Assembly: GCA_016187225.1 (NCBI GenBank)
Contig: JACPKC010000010.1
Coordinates: 3,541-67,540, forward strand
Source: Candidatus Berkelbacteria bacterium
GTDB taxonomy: Bacteria > Patescibacteriota > UBA1384 > JACPKC01
Length of the DNA stretch: 64,000 nt
Reading direction: 5' to 3'
Made by a program: the position numbers and the translations under genes. Under the pieces are notes generated by a model. That model was not told the DNA's origin. It did not search any database and was given only the letters and a program-made list of their open reading frames with translations. This document shows, piece after piece, positions 26,392-36,993 of the stretch; within the stretch, counting starts at the first letter, position 1; each line of letters opens with the position of its first letter.

Positions 26392-27078
26392 ATGACGTCT
26401 TCGGCAGGAAAGTTTCCCCACATCGAGGCAGTCGTGCGGGAGATTGTCCCGCTCGCGACTGATATGAAGGAATTTACATTCGAACGCGCTGACAGAATGC
26501 CGTATGCATTTCGAGCTGGCCAGCACTTTCTTGTTTGGAATGGCAATAAGTATTCGGCCTTTTCGTTGACTTCGTTGCCTCGTGAGACAAGTCGATTTAA
26601 TTTTGCCGTTAAACGTCATGGCGAGCTAACAAGCTACTTACTCGATGAGGTTGCGATTGGCGATAAGGTGACGATCACGTTACCTCAAGGCCGCGGTTTT
26701 GATCCAGAAAAACTTGTTGGCCGCGAACTTTGGTTTATTGCTGGTGGAATCGGGCTCATGGGGCTTTCGGCTCAAATTTTAGAAATCGAAGCCGAGCCTG
26801 AAAGATTTGGTCAGAATCATAAACTTTTTTACGGCCTTAAAGATCGCAGTGAACTTCTTTGGCCCGATCGACTTGAAAGCTGGCGCAAATTTATGACAAT
26901 CGACATTACGGGCGATGGCCGACATCTCTTGGGCGATTTACTTCACGAGGGGATTGAGGGGCACGCTCAAGTCACGGCTCTAATTTGCGGTCCCGCTGTT
27001 TTTTTTCAACCGATTTACCGCCTTTTGGTTAAAATTGGGGTCCTACCCGATTATATTTTGACAAACATTTGGGAGTAG
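26392..27078 (+). CDS. FAD/NAD(P)-binding oxidoreductase (ferredoxin-NADP-reductase-like; PyrK / sulfide-dehydrogenase-like)
   Basis: An RxYS-like FAD motif (RAGQHFLV...YSAFS) and the NAD-binding WFIAGGIGL are present. Confidence 0.55.
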   Translation: MTSSAGKFPHIEAVVREIVPLATDMKEFTFERADRMPYAFRAGQHFLVWNGNKYSAFSLTSLPRETSRFNFAVKRHGELTSYLLDEVAIGDKVTITLPQGRGFDPEKLVGRELWFIAGGIGLMGLSAQILEIEAEPERFGQNHKLFYGLKDRSELLWPDRLESWRKFMTIDITGDGRHLLGDLLHEGIEGHAQVTALICGPAVFFQPIYRLLVKIGVLPDYILTNIWE

Positions 27079-27080
27079 AT

Positions 27081-28283
27081 ATGAGTTCCGTTCAAGTGAC
27101 TAAACATCAAAAAAAACCTCACTCGCGTCACGAATTTACGGTTGAAGTTTCGGCTGTTAAGATGGTTGAATTTTTCGAGCGCGCCTATGAAAAGTTGGCC
27201 GCGACGGTCGAGATTAAGGGTTTTCGTCGTGGTCAGGCGCCAAAACTAATGACAATTCAGCGGATTGGAAGCGAACGTTATTTTCAGACCGCCCTCGATC
27301 TGGCCTTGCCTACCACCTATGTCGAAGCGGCGAAATCACTTAATTTAAGGCCAGTTAGTCCGCCTGAAATTAACATCGTTGGCTATGGCGAGGGCGCCCC
27401 GTTTACCTACGTCGTTGTCGTCGACGTAATTCCTGAAGTTGATCCTGGCAAATACAAAGCAATCAGAGTCAAGCCGCCCAAGAGTAACATTTCAGTCGCT
27501 CAAAAAGAGATTGACGAAGTGCTCGAACGGTTACGCAAACAGCAGGCCAAAGTGGAGCCGGTCGGCCGTCCGGCTCAAAAAGGCGACCGTGTCGAGATCG
27601 ACTACGTGGGCACAGTTGATAACGTGAAGAGGGATGACCTTTCAAGCCAGCATTTTCCACTCATGCTCGGCGAAGGCGTTCTTTCAAAAACATTTGAAAG
27701 TCAATTGATTGGCAAGAAAAAGGGTGAAACCGTGGAATTTGAGGACAAGGTCAATGATCAGAAAGTGCATTTCGCGGTTGTTGTGCATGAAGTTACTGAA
27801 GTAACTTTGCCGGAGCTCACGCCTAAATTTGCCGAGCAGTTCGGTCGTAAAAATGATATCGATCTAAAAGAGGCGATTGAATCGCAATTGAAGGCTGAAA
27901 AGGAAGCGGCCGCTCGCCATGAACTTGAGAATGTTGTTTTAGAAGCAGTGATGAAGGAGGCGAGGCTCGATATACCGAGAAGTCTGGTTGAAGAGGAAAT
28001 TTCGCGTCGGATTGATCAAATCAAACAGCAGTTGGGCACAATGTTTCCAAAGTTTCTCGAGAGAGAAAAAAAGACTGAAACAGAACTCCGCAAGGAGCTT
28101 GTTCCGCAAGCCGAGAGAATAGTTAAAACAGGGTTGATCATGGGTGAAATTGCCAAGCGAGAGGGTTTTGGCACGGATCGCAAGTCAGGCGAAGACGATA
28201 TTGCTCTGCAACGTCGGGTTGTTCATGAGACGCTTAATTTCCTGATTGCCTCGGCAACCGAAATAAAGGCTACTGACAACTAG
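27081..28283 (+). CDS. tig: Trigger factor
   Basis: GFRRGQAPK in the ribosome-binding N-domain, an FKBP-like middle region and a C-terminal helical arm are present. Confidence 0.85.
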   Translation: MSSVQVTKHQKKPHSRHEFTVEVSAVKMVEFFERAYEKLAATVEIKGFRRGQAPKLMTIQRIGSERYFQTALDLALPTTYVEAAKSLNLRPVSPPEINIVGYGEGAPFTYVVVVDVIPEVDPGKYKAIRVKPPKSNISVAQKEIDEVLERLRKQQAKVEPVGRPAQKGDRVEIDYVGTVDNVKRDDLSSQHFPLMLGEGVLSKTFESQLIGKKKGETVEFEDKVNDQKVHFAVVVHEVTEVTLPELTPKFAEQFGRKNDIDLKEAIESQLKAEKEAAARHELENVVLEAVMKEARLDIPRSLVEEEISRRIDQIKQQLGTMFPKFLEREKKTETELRKELVPQAERIVKTGLIMGEIAKREGFGTDRKSGEDDIALQRRVVHETLNFLIASATEIKATDN

Positions 28284-28362
28284 TTGACCGTCTTGATTTT
28301 TGCTTTGGATTAGCTCACACTCACGCCGCATCTTGGATGGAAATGGAAGGGGATTAACAACA

Positions 28363-29127
28363 ATGGAGAAATTTCCGGCGGTTATCTTGGCTGGCGGCGC
28401 CTTTCGGCAGAGGTTTTTTTGGCGTGAAAAGACGCCCAAATGCTTCAAGGAGGTTGGTGGGGCGCCGTTGGTCGCGTACGCTGTAGCGGCGGCGCGCCAT
28501 TCACCACTTGTTAACTCGGTTACTTTGGTTGCCGAGCTCAACGAGTGTTTGCTCGGCAAAAATTGTTTCCGGCAATTTGTCGATAGATTCGTTGAACCGG
28601 GCGCGACAATTATTGGGAGCATGCGGGCTGGTTCGAAGAATTTGGGCCCGGATGAGCCCACGCTCTATCTCTGCGGAGATATGCCAAAAGTTACTGCCGA
28701 AATGGTGACGCGGGTGGTCGAGGTCTGCCAGCGCAAGCCCGAAGCGGATGCCTGGTACATCTACTGCTCGCAAGCGAACGCGAGCCGAGCGATGCCAGCA
28801 TTCCCCCATACCTACGCCCAACTGGCCGAAGGGACGTTCTGCGGGACTGGGGTCGGCATCCTCCGGCCGAAAGTGCTCGCTTCGCCAATCATCGGAGCGC
28901 TCGAAGAGTCACGCAAAAGCGTGCTTGGTTTACTCGGTCAGTTGGGTTCGAATTTTGTGTTTCGGTACTTCTTCGGACCGAAGCCAACCCTTGGCGAGCT
29001 CGAGGCAAGAATGAGTGAGATTTTTGGCTATCGTTTTATTGGTCTCGAGGCGCTTGACGGCGAACTCACGATCGACATCGATACGCCTAAGAAGCTCGAG
29101 CTTGTCCAGCTTGCGCCCGCTTCTTGA
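28363..29127 (+). CDS. NTP-transferase domain protein (MobA-like / CofC-like nucleotidyltransferase)
   Basis: The N-terminal PAVILAGG motif is characteristic of sugar-phosphate and cofactor nucleotidyltransferases. The start is taken at Met22 of the track ORF. Confidence 0.5.
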   Translation: MEKFPAVILAGGAFRQRFFWREKTPKCFKEVGGAPLVAYAVAAARHSPLVNSVTLVAELNECLLGKNCFRQFVDRFVEPGATIIGSMRAGSKNLGPDEPTLYLCGDMPKVTAEMVTRVVEVCQRKPEADAWYIYCSQANASRAMPAFPHTYAQLAEGTFCGTGVGILRPKVLASPIIGALEESRKSVLGLLGQLGSNFVFRYFFGPKPTLGELEARMSEIFGYRFIGLEALDGELTIDIDTPKKLELVQLAPAS

Positions 29128-29152
29128 GCGCCCTTCGGGGCGCCTCTTTTTT
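29128..29152 (+). terminator. Rho-independent terminator
   Basis: The hairpin gcgccc-ttcg-gggcgc is followed by a T-run, directly after the stop codon at 29127. Confidence 0.75.
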
Positions 29153-29205
29153 ATTCTCGCCCGGCAATGTAATATCAAAATGAATCGAAAACAAAGGAGA
29201 TTTCT

Positions 29206-29826
29206 ATGAGCGAACTAAGATCGCAGATTCTTATTCCGACCGTGATTGAAAAATCCCAGTTTGGCGAACGCGCTTATGATATTTACTCGCGTCTTCTCAA
29301 AGAGCGAATCATCTTTGTTAGCGGTACGATCGAAGACTATATGGCGAATTTAATCGTTGCCCAGCTTCTCTTTTTGGAATCCGTCGATCAGAATCGCGAT
29401 ATTCAGCTTTATATCAACTCGCCCGGCGGGTCGGTAACGGCTGGGATGGCGATCTATGACACGATGGAACATATCAAGCCGCCTGTTAGCACGATCTGTG
29501 TCGGCATGGCCGCTTCAATGGGCGCATTTTTGCTCGCCGGCGGCGCCAAAAGCAAACGTTTTGCTCTACCCAATGCGAAGGTGATGATTCATCAGGTCAT
29601 GGGCGGCGCCACTGGCCAGGCAACAGATATTAAGATTCAGGCCGAGGAGATTCTGCGCGTCAAGGCAACGATGAACAAGATTCTTTCAGAAAAAACCGGC
29701 CAGCCAATTGGTAAGATCGAAGAAGATACCGAACGCGATAAATATCTCTCGGCGGCAGAAGCTAAGGCTTACGGCCTCATCGATGATGTGATTGGAGCAG
29801 TGAGTCATGCAGATAAAAAATTGTAG
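29206..29826 (+). CDS. clpP: ATP-dependent Clp protease proteolytic subunit
   Basis: The Ser-His-Asp triad context [14 protein letters not shown] and the [18 protein letters not shown] motif are present. The RBS aaaggag lies upstream. Confidence 0.95.
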   Translation: MSELRSQILIPTVIEKSQFGERAYDIYSRLLKERIIFVSGTIEDYMANLIVAQLLFLESVDQNRDIQLYINSPGGSVTAGMAIYDTMEHIKPPVSTICVGMAASMGAFLLAGGAKSKRFALPNAKVMIHQVMGGATGQATDIKIQAEEILRVKATMNKILSEKTGQPIGKIEEDTERDKYLSAAEAKAYGLIDDVIGAVSHADKKL

Positions 29827-29876
29827 CCGAACGCGAGATTTTGCTTTAGATTTCGGGTATAGTCCAGAGCAGAAAG

Positions 29877-29897
29877 GATGGTTACGACCATCTTTTT
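29877..29897 (+). terminator. Possible weak terminator after clpP
   Basis: The hairpin gatggt-tacg-accatc is followed by TTTTT. The stem is only 6 bp. Confidence 0.35.
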
Positions 29898-29952
29898 GCT
29901 ATTTAAGGAGGCAGAAGCATTGAGTAGAGATGCAAGATTTGTTCCTGGCGTC

Positions 29953-30435
29953 ATGTTCGATTGGATGGGGACACTTTATGACCCGGAAGCAGAGGAGCTT
30001 TACCCCGGAGTGATCGAGGTTCTCGAGCACCTCAAAGTCGCCTACTACCGTCGGGGGATCGTCTCGATCGTTCGGATCGACATAAAAAAAGAGTGTCTCG
30101 ATCAGATTGAACGAACTGGAGCTTCCAGTTACGTTTCGGATGTTCTGGTTACGCGCGAACGCGACAAATTTTTTGTCTGTAACGAACTCCTCAATCTGTG
30201 GGGCATCGACCCGCAATATCTTTACGTGGTCGATGATCGATGTGCTCCGCGTCGATCACTCCATTGGGGTTCGATCGTTGGCGCCAATCTGGTCTGGATG
30301 CGTCGAGGAAGATATAAAGATGAGATGCCTATAGGTTACGAAGTGACACATGTCATCACCGATATTCGTGAACTGCCGGCAGTGCTCAACTTGCCGCCGA
30401 TTGCCATCTGTCGGCGCAGGAATTCTCTTAACTAA
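29953..30435 (+). CDS. HAD-like hydrolase (degenerate motif I)
   Basis: MFDWMGTLYD resembles HAD motif I (DxDGTL) with the second Asp replaced by Met. The start is uncertain (track ORF from 29878). Confidence 0.35.
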   Translation: MFDWMGTLYDPEAEELYPGVIEVLEHLKVAYYRRGIVSIVRIDIKKECLDQIERTGASSYVSDVLVTRERDKFFVCNELLNLWGIDPQYLYVVDDRCAPRRSLHWGSIVGANLVWMRRGRYKDEMPIGYEVTHVITDIRELPAVLNLPPIAICRRRNSLN

Positions 30436-30487
30436 TGAGGCCGCCGCTCATTTGAGCGGTTCGGCCTCTTCTCTTGTGTCGCAAGTG

Positions 30488-30517
30488 TTGACAGGACGAG
30501 CTTTCATAGCCTATACT
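30488..30517 (+). promoter_or_regulatory. Sigma70-like promoter candidate for the 16S rRNA
   Basis: TTGACA (30488-30493), an 18-bp spacer, then TATACT (30512-30517), about 245 bp upstream of the 16S 5' end. Confidence 0.55.
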
Positions 30518-30761
30518 CGCAGTTAGTGAGGTTCGAATGACCCACGAGGGTTAATAGAAGCAAAAAGCGTATGCAGATTTGCAAACGATGCAACTGCATC
30601 GTTTTTGTTTGTTACAACGGGCTTCGACTTTGAACTTTGATAATTGACGCCAGCATAACTTGGTTTTTGAATTGGTTGAAAAATGAGCCTCGCCGGTTTT
30701 AGACCGGCCGCCACTGCGAGCGTTATCGCAGATATTTGAAGTTTCAAACTTCTCTTTTTGA

Positions 30762-30796
<35 letters not shown>

Positions 30797-31042
30797 TGCG
30801 CCTAACACATGCAAGTCGAGTGGGTTTAGACCCACGGCAGACGGGTGAGTAATGGCAAGGAACGTACCACGAGGTCGGGCATAACCCGCCGAAAGGCGGG
30901 ATAATTCCCGATACGCCTCCGGGTGAAAGTTTTTCGCCTCGTGAGCGGCCTTGCTCCTATCAGCTTGTTGGTAAGGTAACGGCTTACCAAGGCTCTGACG
31001 GGTAGCTGGTCTGAGAGGACGACCAGCCACAATGGCACTGAG

Positions 31043-31074
<32 letters not shown>

Positions 31075-31075
31075 T

Positions 31076-31111
<36 letters not shown>

Positions 31112-31471
31112 GACACCGCGTGGAGGAAGACGGTCTTCGGATTGTAAACTCCTTTTCTCTGAGACGATTATGACGGTACCAGAGGAATAAGCACCGGCTA
31201 ACTACGTGCCAGAAGCCTCGGTGATACGTAGGGTGCAAGCGTTATCCGGAATTATTGGGCGTAAAGAGCTCGTAGGTGGCTTTGTTCGTTCCGTGTTAAA
31301 TCTCCAGGCTCAACTTGGAGGCCGCACGGAAGACAGCAAAGCTCGAGTCCAGCAGGGGTCAGCGGAATTGGCGGTGTAGCAGTGAAATGCGTTGATATCG
31401 CCAGGAACACCGATGGCGAAGGCAGCTGACTAGGCTGGTACTGACACTAAGGAGCGAAAGCGTGGGGAGCG

Positions 31472-31509
<38 letters not shown>

Positions 31510-31580
31510 TTGCTGACTAGGTATTCGAAGTATCGACCCTTTGTGTACCGAAGCTAACGCGTCAAGTCAGCCGCCTGGGA

Positions 31581-31622
<42 letters not shown>

Positions 31623-31623
31623 T

Positions 31624-31661
<38 letters not shown>

Positions 31662-32075
31662 AGCGAGGAACCTTACCAAGATTTGACATCTCCGGAACCC
31701 TGCAGAAACGCGGGGGTGCCCTTCGGGGAGCCGGATGACAGGTGATGCACGGTCGTCGTCAGCTCGTGTCGTGAGATGTACGGTTAAGTCCGCAAACGAG
31801 CGAAACCCTCATCCTGTGTTGTATTTCACGGGAGACTGCCTCGTTCAACGGGGAGGAAGGTGGGGATGACGCCAGATCAGCGTGTCTCTTACATCTTGGG
31901 CGACACACGTGCTACAATGGCGACAACAGCGGGTCGCAAAGCTGTAAAGCAGAGCTAATCCCTTAAATGTCGCCTCAGTTCGGATTGAGGGCTGAAACTC
32001 GCCCTCATGAAGCCGGAATCGCTAGTAAACGCAGATCAGCCATGCTGCGTTGAATACGTTCTCGAGCCTTGTACA

Positions 32076-32618
32076 AAATAGAATGCGCCATTCCTTGTCA
32101 GTGGCGAGTCCGTTCAAATCGGACCTGGCCGCCAGAGACGGTCAGAAGCGAACGCGCAGTCCTGCGGAGCGATCCACAGGGTGAAGGGTGCTAGTAGCAG
32201 TATCCAGCTTGAATTTTATAAACGGCGTGATCGGTGGACGATCCTGCGTACAATTGGAGAAGTCATCTCTGTATTTTTCCGGTCGCGTATTTGGAATCGA
32301 GATGGATGCGAATTGCACTGACAAGACAATGGGAGAGCTTATAGACTCCTCTATGTGTATTCACGTGGGGGTAGATTCATCGTAAGATGGTATCGATGGG
32401 CTATAAGCAGTCTGCAGAGTCCATAGTACCCGGAGTCTCAACAGTTGTTGAGATCGAAGGGGAAGGGACTAATCCAGCCATAAAAGGATGGAGGAACTCA
32501 AACAGTTGTGCGAACAGATTGAGTTCCTTCGGGGCTAGAGCTTCGCTAGGGTACGGGAAAACCGTGTGCCCAGCGGCGACGGAACTCATGGTAGTAATGC
32601 CTGTGCAGTATCCGGGAA
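32076..32618 (+). mobile_element. ORF-less intron-like insertion in the 16S rRNA (after the CCTTGTACA block)
   Basis: About 540 nt separate ...ccttgtaca from ...caccgcccgtcac, which are contiguous in canonical 16S. The boundaries are approximate. Confidence 0.7.
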
Positions 32619-32708
32619 CACCGCCCGTCACGTGAGCCGAGTTGGTAATACCCAAAGTCCCACTTTTGTGGGCCGACGGTAGGATCAGTAAGGAGCACGA
32701 AGTCGTAA

Positions 32709-33430
32709 AATTGTTGCGACCTTGCTAGGTAACCGGCAAGAAAAACCCTGCTGTATCGGTGAAACCCCTCCTCTCTAGTAGAATAAAGATGTGAGGACAA
32801 TACCGAGGGAACCCATGCCTTCAATGGGACTCCGTAGAGACTACACGCAGGCTCCTTTGCAGGAGATTGAATCGTATCTCGTTGGCGCAAGTCACGATGG
32901 TACTTGGAATCAGCGTCACAAGACTTTTCGCTATACACAGCGAGAACGCTCTTGGCTTGAGCTGGTTCAGCGGCTACTCGGTAGCCTGAACAGACGGAGT
33001 TGGCTGTACCGTGAAGGTCAACAACGCACCGTCTGGGCACTAGAAACGACATATTGTCCTTCAGGTGACTCGTGGCACTTATTGCCACATAGTCAAATAG
33101 AATGGATTGGGTACATTCGTGGTTTCTTTGATGCTGAAGGTGGCTTACCGAAGAATGCGACAAGTCGGTTTTATTTACAATTTGTACAGAAGAACCGCAG
33201 GAAGCTCGATATAATTCGCTCGACTTTGGAGGAGTTGGACATCCCATGTGGAGCCCTTCATATACCCAGTAAGCGAGTTGATCCAAATTATTGGCGCTTT
33301 TTCGTCTCGACACGGTCACATCGAAAGTTCGCCGACGTAATTGGATCTTGGCATCCACGCAAGTCGTACATTCTCTCTGGAAGGATGAAGATATAGTCCA
33401 TGCCCTGTAGTAATATTGGGAACACCATGA
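32709..33430 (+). mobile_element. Intron in the 16S rRNA 3' region carrying a LAGLIDADG homing-endonuclease ORF
   Basis: About 720 nt are inserted between gaagtcgtaa and acaaggtatccctagggg. The boundaries are approximate. Confidence 0.75.
32791..33396 (+). CDS. LAGLIDADG homing endonuclease (intron-encoded)
   Basis: The 201-aa ORF lies inside the 16S insertion. The segment IGYIRGFFDAEGG matches the LAGLIDADG motif. Confidence 0.7.
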   Translation: MRTIPREPMPSMGLRRDYTQAPLQEIESYLVGASHDGTWNQRHKTFRYTQRERSWLELVQRLLGSLNRRSWLYREGQQRTVWALETTYCPSGDSWHLLPHSQIEWIGYIRGFFDAEGGLPKNATSRFYLQFVQKNRRKLDIIRSTLEELDIPCGALHIPSKRVDPNYWRFFVSTRSHRKFADVIGSWHPRKSYILSGRMKI

Positions 33431-33569
33431 ACAAGGTATCCCTAGGGGAATCTGGGGATGGATCACCTCCTTTCTAACGGAATTTTGAGAGCTTTGCTCT
33501 CGACCGTAGGTCGGTCTCATTTTTCAACCATTCAGCAACCAAGAGTCGTCCGGAGGGACGATTTTTGGT

Positions 33570-34052
33570 TTGAGGAGATGTGAAGTGAAATTACGCATTC
33601 GAAACGGAACAAAAATTTATTTCAACAGATGGTTCGCGGTAACGATTTTTGGGCTTCTGATTGCAAGTATTGCCATTTGGATTTTATCGAAGCCAAAATC
33701 AGCGATTCAGAGCGAAGTAGTTCAAGCCGCGGCTGAAGCACAAGCCAATATCGCGCGTGTTTTGGCGGCGCATGTTGATTGGACGAGCACCGATTTTCGC
33801 GTTGCCAACCAGGATTCAATCAACTGGCAGAGATGCAAACTCGAAGTCAATGCCGCTCAATTCGACACCGGCTATAGTGTCTTTGTCGATCAAATCAAAA
33901 TCGGTGAAACACTCGCGATTCCGCACGACAGTTTGCAAGCAAAAAACGGTGCGGTTTATAATTATTCAACCAATCCCCCTCACCGCTTTACGATTCGTTG
34001 TCAAAATGCCGACACTCGCATGGGTATCTTTATCGGTTCGGTCGCCCAGTGA
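33570..34052 (+). CDS. Hypothetical membrane-anchored protein (N-terminal TM helix plus an extracytoplasmic domain)
   Basis: 160-aa ORF about 95 bp after the 16S 3' end. It has one N-terminal TM segment, FAVTIFGLLIASIAIWIL. Confidence 0.4.
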   Translation: MRRCEVKLRIRNGTKIYFNRWFAVTIFGLLIASIAIWILSKPKSAIQSEVVQAAAEAQANIARVLAAHVDWTSTDFRVANQDSINWQRCKLEVNAAQFDTGYSVFVDQIKIGETLAIPHDSLQAKNGAVYNYSTNPPHRFTIRCQNADTRMGIFIGSVAQ

Positions 34053-34084
34053 CCCTAACAGGAGGGTGTGCTATTCTGAAAACA

Positions 34085-34486
34085 ATGAACCAAGCTCTCA
34101 AACTTGGCTGGATTAGTGTTCTCGTCTGGTGGTATCAGATTGTGCCTGGGTTGCTTGTGCATCATGCCCGGCTTTTCTTCTTGATGGTGATTGACTATTT
34201 TTCATTTGGTATTCTCGCGAGCACTCTTTTTGAGCCGTGGAAGCGCGATGAGATCTCAACGGAAAACTTAAGTTTGCAAGATAGAATTCAAGTTTTTGGC
34301 CTCAACTTAATCACTCGTTTCTTTGGTTTTCTCATGCGATCGGCCGCTATCACGGCTGGCGTCATCATCCTTCTGGCGTTGGCTTTAGTCGCTTGTTTGG
34401 TTGCCGTCTTTTGGCTTATGGCGCCCTTGCTTGCACTCATTCTCGGCGTCAATGGCATCCTGACCATCCTTGGGGGCGAGCGATGA
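34085..34486 (+). CDS. Hypothetical integral membrane protein (about 4 TM helices)
   Basis: Hydrophobic throughout. Its stop codon overlaps the ATG of the following Clp-like gene (ATGA). Confidence 0.45.
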   Translation: MNQALKLGWISVLVWWYQIVPGLLVHHARLFFLMVIDYFSFGILASTLFEPWKRDEISTENLSLQDRIQVFGLNLITRFFGFLMRSAAITAGVIILLALALVACLVAVFWLMAPLLALILGVNGILTILGGER

Positions 34487-36993
34487 TTCGTTTTGAGGGC
34501 GCGCTTGGCATTGAGCTTGCTCGACTTCAGATTCATCTTGAATCAAAATCGGCTGTTATGCTTCGATCGCTAATTATTGCCGGTGCGAGTTTTGCTCTGT
34601 TATATCTGTGTCTGACGCTTTTTAATCTCATCCCGGTCTGGCCAACTTTGTTTGGTTTCGTTGAACTGGGTTTTGGTATAGGTTTCTTATGGGGAATGCG
34701 CGAACTCTATTTGACTTGGGTATTGCATCACACCTTGCCGTCAGTTGCGCTTGCTCTGCGCACCCAGCACCCTGATTGGTTAACCACGACTAATTTTCTC
34801 GACTACGTTTCACCAGAATTGGGCAGAATTTTTTTACGAGCGCGGACTGAAGCGGGAGTTCAAGTTGATACCTTGATTAAAGCTAGTCTTACCGAACCCG
34901 TGATCAATTCGCTCCTCGCGCGCGCCGGGTTCTTAACGCCGTTAGCCACTGAAACGGAAACTACCTCGGCGCCAAAATTGCCCGAACCGATTACCGCACC
35001 CGATGCTTTACTTGCTTACGCCGCCCAAGAAGCAATTGTGCTCAAGCAGGCAGTGATCGACGTTAATCACTTTCTCTACGTGCTCGCGGAGCATTATCAG
35101 CCGGTTGCCGATCGCTTATTTGCTCACAATCTTGAGCTCAATGATTTAGCCGAAGCGATCGCGTGGTATGAACGCCATCGCCATCGCGTTCAGCGCAGAT
35201 TCTTTTGGGAGCGGGGGAAGGTGGGTATTTATGGCATTGGTCGAGATTGGTCGGCTGGGTACACGCCTACCTTGTCGCACTTCTCGATCGATCTCGCGCG
35301 CTATCTCCAGGATGCAGACTTGCAAACACAGATCGTTGGTCGTGAGCAAGTGATCGATCAGATCGAGCAGATTTTAGCGAGTGAGACGCGCACGAACGTA
35401 CTTTTAGTTGGTCGCGTTGGCGTTGGTAAGCGCACCGTGGTGAATGGGCTCGCGGCGCGAATTGCGTCGGGCGAGGTTTCTCGCAGTTTGGCAAATAAGC
35501 ATGTCCTCGAGCTCGACGTTGCCCAAGTGTTGGCCGGACTTGGAGACAGGGGCGCGATTGAGTTTCGCTTGATGCGCGTTTTACGCGACGCCGAGCGTGC
35601 TGGCAACATCATTTTATTTGTCAATAATATCCACACCCTGCTTTCTTCGGCCTACGGCAAGGTTGGCTCGATTAACGCGGGCGAAGTACTCGCGCCGTTT
35701 TTACGCTCTGGGCGGATTCAGCTTATTGCCGCAACAACGCCAATGGACTATCACGCAATCATTGAAGCCCAGGGCACGGTGAGAGATTCTTTTCGGCGAA
35801 TCGAGGTTCAGGAACCAGCGCCAACCGAGGCGGTGATACTTGCCGAAGATGTGGCTCTTCATCTTGAAGCGCGCCACGGTGTCTTTATTGCTTTGCCGGT
35901 CATCAAAAAGGCGGTTGAGTTTGGCCATCGCTATGTGCAAGGCGCGCCTTTGCCAGAAAGTGCGCTCACGCTTTTGGAGGCGGCGGCAATTCGAGCCTCA
36001 AATGAACAACGTGAATTGGTGACGTTTGAAGATATTGATGTGGTGGTTTCGGAGCAGACACGTGTGCCGGTCGGCGAGGTTCAAATGAGCGAGAAAGCTC
36101 GCCTCTTAAATTTGGAAGATGTTTTACATGATCGCGTGATCGGCCAAGATGAGGCAATTGTGGCGGTGGCAAGCGCCTTGCGCCGAGCGCGGTCTGGCCT
36201 AGGAACCGGCAAACGACCAATTGGCAGTTTCCTTTTTTTGGGGCCGACGGGCGTTGGCAAAACCGAGACGGCGCGCGCCTTGGCGGAAACGTATTTTGGG
36301 AGTGAAAAATCAATGGTGCGCCTCGATATGAGCGAGTTTCAAAGCCCAGCCTCGCTTGCGCGATTGATTGGCGCGCCAACTGAAGCGCAACAGGCGGGGA
36401 GTGGCCAGCTTACAAGCGCGATTAAGGATGCGCCGTTCAGTCTGATCCTTCTCGATGAGGTTGAGAAATCCCATCCAAACATTCTCAACGTGTTTCTGCA
36501 GATCCTCGATGATGGCCGGGTGACTGATGGTCGAGGTGAGACCGTTGATTTCACGAACGCAATCATCATTGCGACTTCGAATGCCGGCTCCGAATTTATT
36601 CGGAGCCACATTCAGGCAGGTGAAAATATGGAACAATTGCGCGACGAACTTTTGAATGCACTTCAGAGCCAAGGTTTATTCAAGCCAGAGTTTCTTAATC
36701 GATTTGACGCAGTGGTCGCCTTCAAACCGCTTTTACCAGATCAATTGATGCAAATAGTTGATTTACAGCTTAAGGGTTTGAATGCGCGTCTGGCAGAGCA
36801 AGATGTGCAAATTTCACTCACCGAGGCGGCTAAAAAACGCTTGGCCGAACTTGGTTATCAGCCGGAATTTGGCGCGCGAGCGTTGCGACGAGTTATGCAA
36901 GATCGAGTTGAAAACATGATTGCCTCGCGCTTGCTGGCCGGTGAAATAAAGCGTGGCCAGACCCTCGCCATCGACGCATCAGATCTTGAATGA
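34483..36993 (+). CDS. Membrane-anchored ClpB/ClpC-like AAA+ ATPase with a degenerate first nucleotide-binding domain
   Basis: The N-terminus has about 3 TM helices. NBD1 aligns to ClpB but has Walker A GRVGVGKRT and Walker B ILFVNNIH, where NN replaces DE. NBD2 is intact, with GPTGVGKTE and LILLDEVEKSHPN. The C-terminal domain is Clp-type. Confidence 0.75.
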   Translation: MIRFEGALGIELARLQIHLESKSAVMLRSLIIAGASFALLYLCLTLFNLIPVWPTLFGFVELGFGIGFLWGMRELYLTWVLHHTLPSVALALRTQHPDWLTTTNFLDYVSPELGRIFLRARTEAGVQVDTLIKASLTEPVINSLLARAGFLTPLATETETTSAPKLPEPITAPDALLAYAAQEAIVLKQAVIDVNHFLYVLAEHYQPVADRLFAHNLELNDLAEAIAWYERHRHRVQRRFFWERGKVGIYGIGRDWSAGYTPTLSHFSIDLARYLQDADLQTQIVGREQVIDQIEQILASETRTNVLLVGRVGVGKRTVVNGLAARIASGEVSRSLANKHVLELDVAQVLAGLGDRGAIEFRLMRVLRDAERAGNIILFVNNIHTLLSSAYGKVGSINAGEVLAPFLRSGRIQLIAATTPMDYHAIIEAQGTVRDSFRRIEVQEPAPTEAVILAEDVALHLEARHGVFIALPVIKKAVEFGHRYVQGAPLPESALTLLEAAAIRASNEQRELVTFEDIDVVVSEQTRVPVGEVQMSEKARLLNLEDVLHDRVIGQDEAIVAVASALRRARSGLGTGKRPIGSFLFLGPTGVGKTETARALAETYFGSEKSMVRLDMSEFQSPASLARLIGAPTEAQQAGSGQLTSAIKDAPFSLILLDEVEKSHPNILNVFLQILDDGRVTDGRGETVDFTNAIIIATSNAGSEFIRSHIQAGENMEQLRDELLNALQSQGLFKPEFLNRFDAVVAFKPLLPDQLMQIVDLQLKGLNARLAEQDVQISLTEAAKKRLAELGYQPEFGARALRRVMQDRVENMIASRLLAGEIKRGQTLAIDASDLE

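Noticed and set aside
35146-36672. Multiple small ORFs (35146-36672, both strands) within the Clp-like gene
   Set aside because: They are alternative frames of a long, well-supported AAA+ CDS.
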